Below, one piece after another: positions 59,576-64,000 of a stretch of 64,000 nucleotides of DNA (position 1 is its first letter; each line of letters begins with the position of its first letter). Source of the stretch: a virus. Location: IMG/VR virus record IMGVR_UViG_3300024264_000013, positions 32,060 to 96,059 of that record; one strand, 5' to 3'. The notes under the pieces were generated by a model that saw only the letters and a list, made by a program, of their open reading frames with translations, did not search any database and was not told the DNA's origin. The translations under genes and the position numbers were made by a program.

Positions 59576-60244
59576 ATGATTAACATCAAACAAAATATGC
59601 TATGGCCTACAATGGTTTTTGAAATTGAAATGCCAGATTACAACAAGATCAAAAAAGATCTTGTTGAGTATATCAAAGTTTGTAAAGTTGAAGAAATACC
59701 TTTGAAGAACGGTATAGGACCTCATGAGCAAAGACACAAAAAGTTTTTACAAGAAAGTTATCCAACATTGTTTGCTAATAATGACAATGAAGTATTTAAT
59801 AAAGTAAAAGAGTTTTGTATGCAAATGACTCTAGAAGTTGCTCAAGGTGTAAACAAAGATCATACAGACACTAGTGATTGGATCATACGTCCATCAGATA
59901 GTTGGTACCATATAACAAAAGATAAAGGGTATCATGATATACATACACATGCATTTAGTCCGTGGTGTGGAATCTTTTATGTTGATAAAGGAGATTCTGA
60001 TAACGAAACACAAAATGGTATAAATCGATTCTATAATAATATGGAGTTTCCTATACTTGGACTAGGCAATGATTATTATGGAGATTACTTTGATGTTGAC
60101 ATTGAAGATGGTAAACTTATTGTGTTTCCAGGTAACTTAGGTCATTCAGCATTACCTTATTACGGAGACAAAGATAGAATAGTAATAAGTTTCAATACAG
60201 AAATAACAGATAAAAAAATGCTAGATAATAATGAAAGCAAATAA
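59576..60244 (+). CDS. Putative 2OG-Fe(II) oxygenase (TIGR02466-like)
   Basis: SW......GYHD.HTH, WCGIFY, FP..L.HSA.PY and R.VISFN. Confidence 0.78.
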   Translation: MINIKQNMLWPTMVFEIEMPDYNKIKKDLVEYIKVCKVEEIPLKNGIGPHEQRHKKFLQESYPTLFANNDNEVFNKVKEFCMQMTLEVAQGVNKDHTDTSDWIIRPSDSWYHITKDKGYHDIHTHAFSPWCGIFYVDKGDSDNETQNGINRFYNNMEFPILGLGNDYYGDYFDVDIEDGKLIVFPGNLGHSALPYYGDKDRIVISFNTEITDKKMLDNNESK

Positions 60245-60710
60245 ACTAAATCAATGGATTGCTGATTGGGTTGAGCAGTTAGACAAAAATAAAAAATGTC
60301 CTTATGCAAAACCAACTGTTGACAAAGATAAAATGAAAGCAGTTATGTTAAATAGCATTGATGCTTACCACTTCTGGTCAAGCGTTTCCAATGAAGCAGA
60401 ACAATTTGACGACACATACGATGTAGTAATAGTAGCAATGGATACTGACGAAACTATAATAACTCCGCAACAAATGCAAGGCGGAGTCGATAGTTTTAAT
60501 GCAGGCTACAATAACAGGAATATAGATTTGTGGTGTTTGAATCTATATAACGATGTATACACAATGGTATTAATACAACGTGTATCCAAATTAGACGATG
60601 CAAGTAGGACGTTTGAAAAGAAAGATTATTACAAAGACCAACATCCTTACATGTTTAATAAACACATAATAACAAGAAGAAATATGAGAAAACGGTTGAC
60701 AAAAACCTAA
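60231..60710 (+). CDS. Hypothetical protein
   Basis: Coupled ORF with a CPYAK motif. Confidence 0.55.
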   Translation: MKANKLNQWIADWVEQLDKNKKCPYAKPTVDKDKMKAVMLNSIDAYHFWSSVSNEAEQFDDTYDVVIVAMDTDETIITPQQMQGGVDSFNAGYNNRNIDLWCLNLYNDVYTMVLIQRVSKLDDASRTFEKKDYYKDQHPYMFNKHIITRRNMRKRLTKT

Positions 60711-60724
60711 ATAACTTATATAAT
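60696..60724 (+). promoter_or_regulatory. Sigma70-consensus promoter for folE-yhhQ (TAAATA embedded in the spacer)
   Basis: TTGACA-17 nt-TATAAT; TAAATA at 60708-60713. Confidence 0.75.
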
Positions 60725-60734
60725 ATAACAACTA

Positions 60735-60760
60735 TAGACATCCACGTCTAAAACTCGGAG
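60735..60760 (+). ncRNA. Candidate cis-regulatory mini-pseudoknot in the folE leader
   Basis: TAGAC-ATCCAC-GTCTA hairpin; loop TCC is complementary to GGA of the SD (60757-60759). Confidence 0.35.
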
Positions 60761-60768
60761 AATAAAAA

Positions 60769-61476
60769 ATGGATATTAAATACGAAGATGCTAACGTTTC
60801 AGAACTAATTAAAGAAAGAATTAGTGATGACAATGCTCGCTTTTGGGCTGGAGATAACATTAGTCAATACCTTGAAGAAGGTGATAAACAAAAACTTATT
60901 GAAGAACTTACACCTAAGTTTGAAGCAGTACTAGATAGTTTAGTAATTGATCGATTCAACGACCCTAACAGTATGGATACTGGTAAGCGTCTTGCAAAGA
61001 TGTATATTAACGAAATTATGAGTGGTAGGTATGATCCAATGCCTAATGCAACTGCATTTCCTAATCATGTAGATGATGGTTATAAAGGATTGCTAGTAGT
61101 ACGTAGTGAACTTAAAAGTATGTGTTCACATCATCACCAACCAGTTAGTGGCGTTGCATACATTGGTATCATTGCGGCAGACAATCTAATTGGTCTTTCA
61201 AAGTACACAAGAATTGCACAGTGGTGTGCGAGGCGCGGGACATTACAAGAAGAATTAAACAACGTAATTGCTCGTGAGATCATGGCGGCAACTGGTAGTG
61301 AAAACGTCGGCGTTTACATTCAAGCAACACACGGATGTTGTGAGAATAGAGGCATCGGTGCTCACTCTAGTCTAACACAAACCACAGTGTTAGAAGGGGC
61401 GTTTAAGAATGATGCAGGAACAAAGAAGGAATTCTTTGACAACATCAAACTACAACAACAATTTGCTCCACGATAA
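60769..61476 (+). CDS. folE: GTP cyclohydrolase I
   Basis: T..RLAKMY, SMCSHH..P, IGLSK..RI, R..LQE, H.C...RG and T....G.F......EF. Confidence 0.93.
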   Translation: MDIKYEDANVSELIKERISDDNARFWAGDNISQYLEEGDKQKLIEELTPKFEAVLDSLVIDRFNDPNSMDTGKRLAKMYINEIMSGRYDPMPNATAFPNHVDDGYKGLLVVRSELKSMCSHHHQPVSGVAYIGIIAADNLIGLSKYTRIAQWCARRGTLQEELNNVIAREIMAATGSENVGVYIQATHGCCENRGIGAHSSLTQTTVLEGAFKNDAGTKKEFFDNIKLQQQFAPR

Positions 61477-61496
61477 TTTTAACAAAAGGAGAACAT

Positions 61497-62189
61497 ATGT
61501 TCAATAAACTATTAGAAGGTGTCGATAGGACACTCGTAAGAAATCTAGTTATTTTACACACGCTTGTAATTGCTGTGTCAAACTACCTAGTAACAATTAG
61601 ATTTGATTTATTTCCAGGAGCAGAATTGCCCTTGTTTGGATCATTTCCACTAGCGGCGGCGGCGTTTACATTTCCGATCGTTGTTGTAGCAACTGATTTG
61701 ACAGTACGTCTAGTTGGTAAGCAAGCAGGTAGAGCCGTTGTAGCAATGGCAATTATTCCTGCTATTGTAGCATCAGTACTAGTACTATTAGCACTAGGCG
61801 ACGAACATGCATACAGAGTAGGACTAGCATCAGGTACTGCATATGCAGTAGGTACAATGCTTGACGTATATGTATTCCAACACATTCGTGAGCGTATGAA
61901 TGCATGGTGGATTGCTCCAGCAGTATCAACTGTTGCGGCAAACATCATTGATACATATGCATTCTTCTACACAGCATTTTATCCTGCACCGTGGGTTGGA
62001 CCAGTAGCATTCAACAATACATTAACAAAAATTGTTGTAGGCTTAATTGTGTTCCTACCAGCATACGGCTTGTTACTTTCATACTTGAAAAACAAGTTTG
62101 GTGTAGACGCTTTAGTTCTCAAAGACGAAGTAAAGCCAACAACTAAAAAGAAAGCACCAGCCAAGAAAAAAGCAAAAATTAAGAAATAA
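61497..62189 (+). CDS. yhhQ: VUT-family 7-deazaguanine (preQ0/preQ1) transporter
   Basis: Multi-pass membrane protein with SNYLV, AFTFP....ATDLTVR..G...R, R...AS..AY..G..LD.YVF, WW.AP..ST...N..DT..F...AF and K......F.PAYG. Confidence 0.85.
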   Translation: MFNKLLEGVDRTLVRNLVILHTLVIAVSNYLVTIRFDLFPGAELPLFGSFPLAAAAFTFPIVVVATDLTVRLVGKQAGRAVVAMAIIPAIVASVLVLLALGDEHAYRVGLASGTAYAVGTMLDVYVFQHIRERMNAWWIAPAVSTVAANIIDTYAFFYTAFYPAPWVGPVAFNNTLTKIVVGLIVFLPAYGLLLSYLKNKFGVDALVLKDEVKPTTKKKAPAKKKAKIKK

Positions 62190-62722
62190 TGTTTTTTTCA
62201 TCGTCATATGTCAAGCAATTAAAAAGTGTTCATAACTACGAACACAGGCCTTCAGGGTTCGGAGCCAATACAAAAAAGTTAGGACAGTTTAATAACTATT
62301 TTGAAAAATGGCAACCCCAAAGTATGCTAGACTATGGCTGTGGTAAAGGTTGGATTTTAAATTCATTAGTAGAGTCGTACCCTTCATGTAATATTGTTGG
62401 GTACGATCCTGCTGTTGAAGAATATAAAGTTTGTCCACAAACAACATTTGACTGTGTGTTTAGTATAGATGTTCTTGAACACATAGAACCAAATTATATA
62501 GATTCGGTATTAGATCACATTAACCAATTATCAAATAAATTTATTTGGTTAAGGATAGATACGTTACCAGCAAGAAAAAGATTACCAGACAAAAGAAATG
62601 CACATCTTATTATTGAACAACCTCCGTATTGGATTGAAAAAATAAAAAAACATATTGACGGTGAAATTGTTTATGAGATGTTTGGAAAAAAGGCAAAACT
62701 AGATGTCGCAATTGAGAAGTAA
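62189..62722 (+). CDS. SAM-dependent methyltransferase
   Basis: MLDYGCGKG, GYDP, FD.V...DVLEHI and A.K.L.D.RNAH. Confidence 0.8.
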   Translation: MFFSSSYVKQLKSVHNYEHRPSGFGANTKKLGQFNNYFEKWQPQSMLDYGCGKGWILNSLVESYPSCNIVGYDPAVEEYKVCPQTTFDCVFSIDVLEHIEPNYIDSVLDHINQLSNKFIWLRIDTLPARKRLPDKRNAHLIIEQPPYWIEKIKKHIDGEIVYEMFGKKAKLDVAIEK

Positions 62723-62978
62723 AATGATACCAGGAGAAGCATTACTATACACTAGGGCTAATGGTGTTGTATATGCTCAGTACAGAGATCCACCGCATAA
62801 TGATATACCAAGATGGATTATAGGCGGCGATCCAGGAGCAGTATCAAAGGCACAAGGGGACTTATTAGATTATGCAGAATGGAAACATTTATGCGAGATA
62901 GCAGAAGATAATCCAACAATAAAACTTTTGTTAGACAAATTAATTAACACATACTATATTGCAAAGGAGGAACAATGA
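62703..62978 (+). CDS. Hypothetical protein
   Basis: Short ORF in the operon; alternative start at 62724. Confidence 0.55.
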   Translation: MSQLRSKMIPGEALLYTRANGVVYAQYRDPPHNDIPRWIIGGDPGAVSKAQGDLLDYAEWKHLCEIAEDNPTIKLLLDKLINTYYIAKEEQ

Positions 62979-63766
62979 AATTTATTGCGGCAATGGACCA
63001 TAGTGGTGGATCAACAGGTGGTGTACTAGAACGTTACGGTTGCGAGTACACAGAAGAAAACAAAATGGACTTAGTACATGAAATGCGATTACGCATGATT
63101 GCTTCGCCCGACTTTAACAGTAATAATATTTGGGCGGCAATTTTATATAAAGATAGTGTCGATAGAGGAGCAGTTAATGTATTAGGCAATAAAGGTATTG
63201 AGGCCATACTTAAAATTGATAGTGGCTGTCATATGAACGGGTTACTAAAAGATTTTAATGTAGACGATATGATTGACTATGCTCTTGCAAAAGGGTGTAC
63301 AGGAACTAAGATGCGTAGTATTGTAAAGACACCTAATATACTAAATGCAATATTAGAGCAACAATTTGAACTTGCAACAGTAATATATGCCGCAGGACTT
63401 ATGCCAATTGTTGAACCAGAAATTCCTATCGAACATGACATGAAAAACATGTTGGAAGAAATGCTTACTAGAGAATTACAAAATAGATTAGACAAATTTG
63501 AAGGCAAGTGTATATTAAAACTTACATTGCCAAACACACCAAATCTACATTACAAACTAACACAACATCCTAATGTTTCAAAAGTAGTAGGTCTTAGTGG
63601 TGGATATGATACCAATGAAGCATGTAATAGACTAGGTCTACAAGAAAACATGACTGCAAGTTTTAGTAGAGCCTTAAGTGAAGGACTATTTGTTACACAG
63701 TCAGAAGAAGAGTTTAATCAAAGACTTAGTAACAATATTAAACTAATAACAAAGGCGAGTGAATAA
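62975..63766 (+). CDS. fda: Class I fructose-bisphosphate aldolase
   Basis: FIAA.D.SGGST, VH.MR.R, LKID.G, GTKMRS, PIVEPE, LKLT.P, LSGGY and ASFSRAL.EGL. Confidence 0.88.
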   Translation: MKFIAAMDHSGGSTGGVLERYGCEYTEENKMDLVHEMRLRMIASPDFNSNNIWAAILYKDSVDRGAVNVLGNKGIEAILKIDSGCHMNGLLKDFNVDDMIDYALAKGCTGTKMRSIVKTPNILNAILEQQFELATVIYAAGLMPIVEPEIPIEHDMKNMLEEMLTRELQNRLDKFEGKCILKLTLPNTPNLHYKLTQHPNVSKVVGLSGGYDTNEACNRLGLQENMTASFSRALSEGLFVTQSEEEFNQRLSNNIKLITKASE

Positions 63767-64000
63767 TGAGAATAATAGCAGGACCATGTCAGCACGAAAG
63801 TTTAGAACAGTCGTTAGAGATTGCAACAGAATGTAAACGGGTATGTGACAAATACGGTATTGAGTATTACTTTAAAGCAAGTTTTGATAAAGCAAATCGT
63901 ACAAGCGCAGATGGTATCCGAGGACAAGGTTTGCCTACAACAATGACAGACTTTCGTGTATTAAAAGAAAAATTAAATGTAAAAACACTAACTGATGTAC
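63766..64000 (+). CDS. kdsA: 3-deoxy-D-manno-octulosonate 8-phosphate (KDO8P) synthase, 3'-truncated
   Basis: Manual translation gives MRIIAGPCQHESLE...YFKASFDKANRTS...RG.G...LTDV, which is the KdsA N-terminal signature. Not in the ORF track because it runs off the window. Confidence 0.88.
   Translation, partial: MRIIAGPCQHESLEQSLEIATECKRVCDKYGIEYYFKASFDKANRTSADGIRGQGLPTTMTDFRVLKEKLNVKTLTDV

Noticed and set aside
60731-60768. Canonical THF-II (folE motif) or canonical preQ1-I riboswitch call
   Set aside because: The leader is too short for THF-II and the 6-nt loop does not fit the preQ1-I consensus. It is kept only as a novel candidate.
892-63537. Dozens of short alternative-frame and antisense ORFs in the track (e.g. 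1016-1399, 8430-8840, 18108-18503, 31993-32394, 61583-61948)
   Set aside because: They lie within longer motif-bearing genes, lack RBS or promoter support, and look like shadow frames produced by codon bias.
1-64000. CRISPR array, tRNA or rRNA genes
   Set aside because: Intergenic gaps are under about 135 nt and show no repeat-spacer or cloverleaf pattern by eye.
1-64000. Assigning a cyanobacterial host from the CxRD motifs and 2OG oxygenases
   Set aside because: There are no photosynthesis genes or other host-diagnostic markers in the window, so the host cannot be determined here.

Overview
This is a 64-kb segment of a large, AT-rich T4-like (contractile-tailed) phage genome. It is densely coding. 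I saw no rRNA, tRNA, CRISPR array or bacterial housekeeping context. The layout runs as follows. 1-22.5 kb: giant repeat-rich virion fibre/baseplate proteins, two tandem ~10%-cysteine paralogues, and an embedded GT9-like glycosyltransferase / SGNH-like / carbamoyltransferase cassette. 22.5-26.6 kb (minus strand): an ADP-heptose operon (hldE, hldD, gmhB, a cupin and 2OG-Fe(II) oxygenases). 26.7-44.3 kb: neck, tail, head-completion and terminase genes (gp13/14/15/18/19/4/17-like). 44.4-58.7 kb: gp32, uvsX, uvsY and uvsW, interrupted by a ~9-kb glycosyltransferase island. 59-64 kb: folE, yhhQ, a class I aldolase and a partial kdsA. The most notable observations are: (1) helical domains in the giant virion proteins that resemble the phycobiliprotein chromophore site (C-x-R-D); (2) a phage-encoded heptose/Kdo glycan synthesis and tailoring system that may glycosylate the virion; (3) a Cys-rich paralogue pair; (4) a compact pseudoknot leader upstream of folE-yhhQ; (5) promoters placed to give leaderless mRNAs; (6) apparent avoidance of AGCT and GCWGC. 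All family calls come from recognising motifs by eye; no database searches were run.
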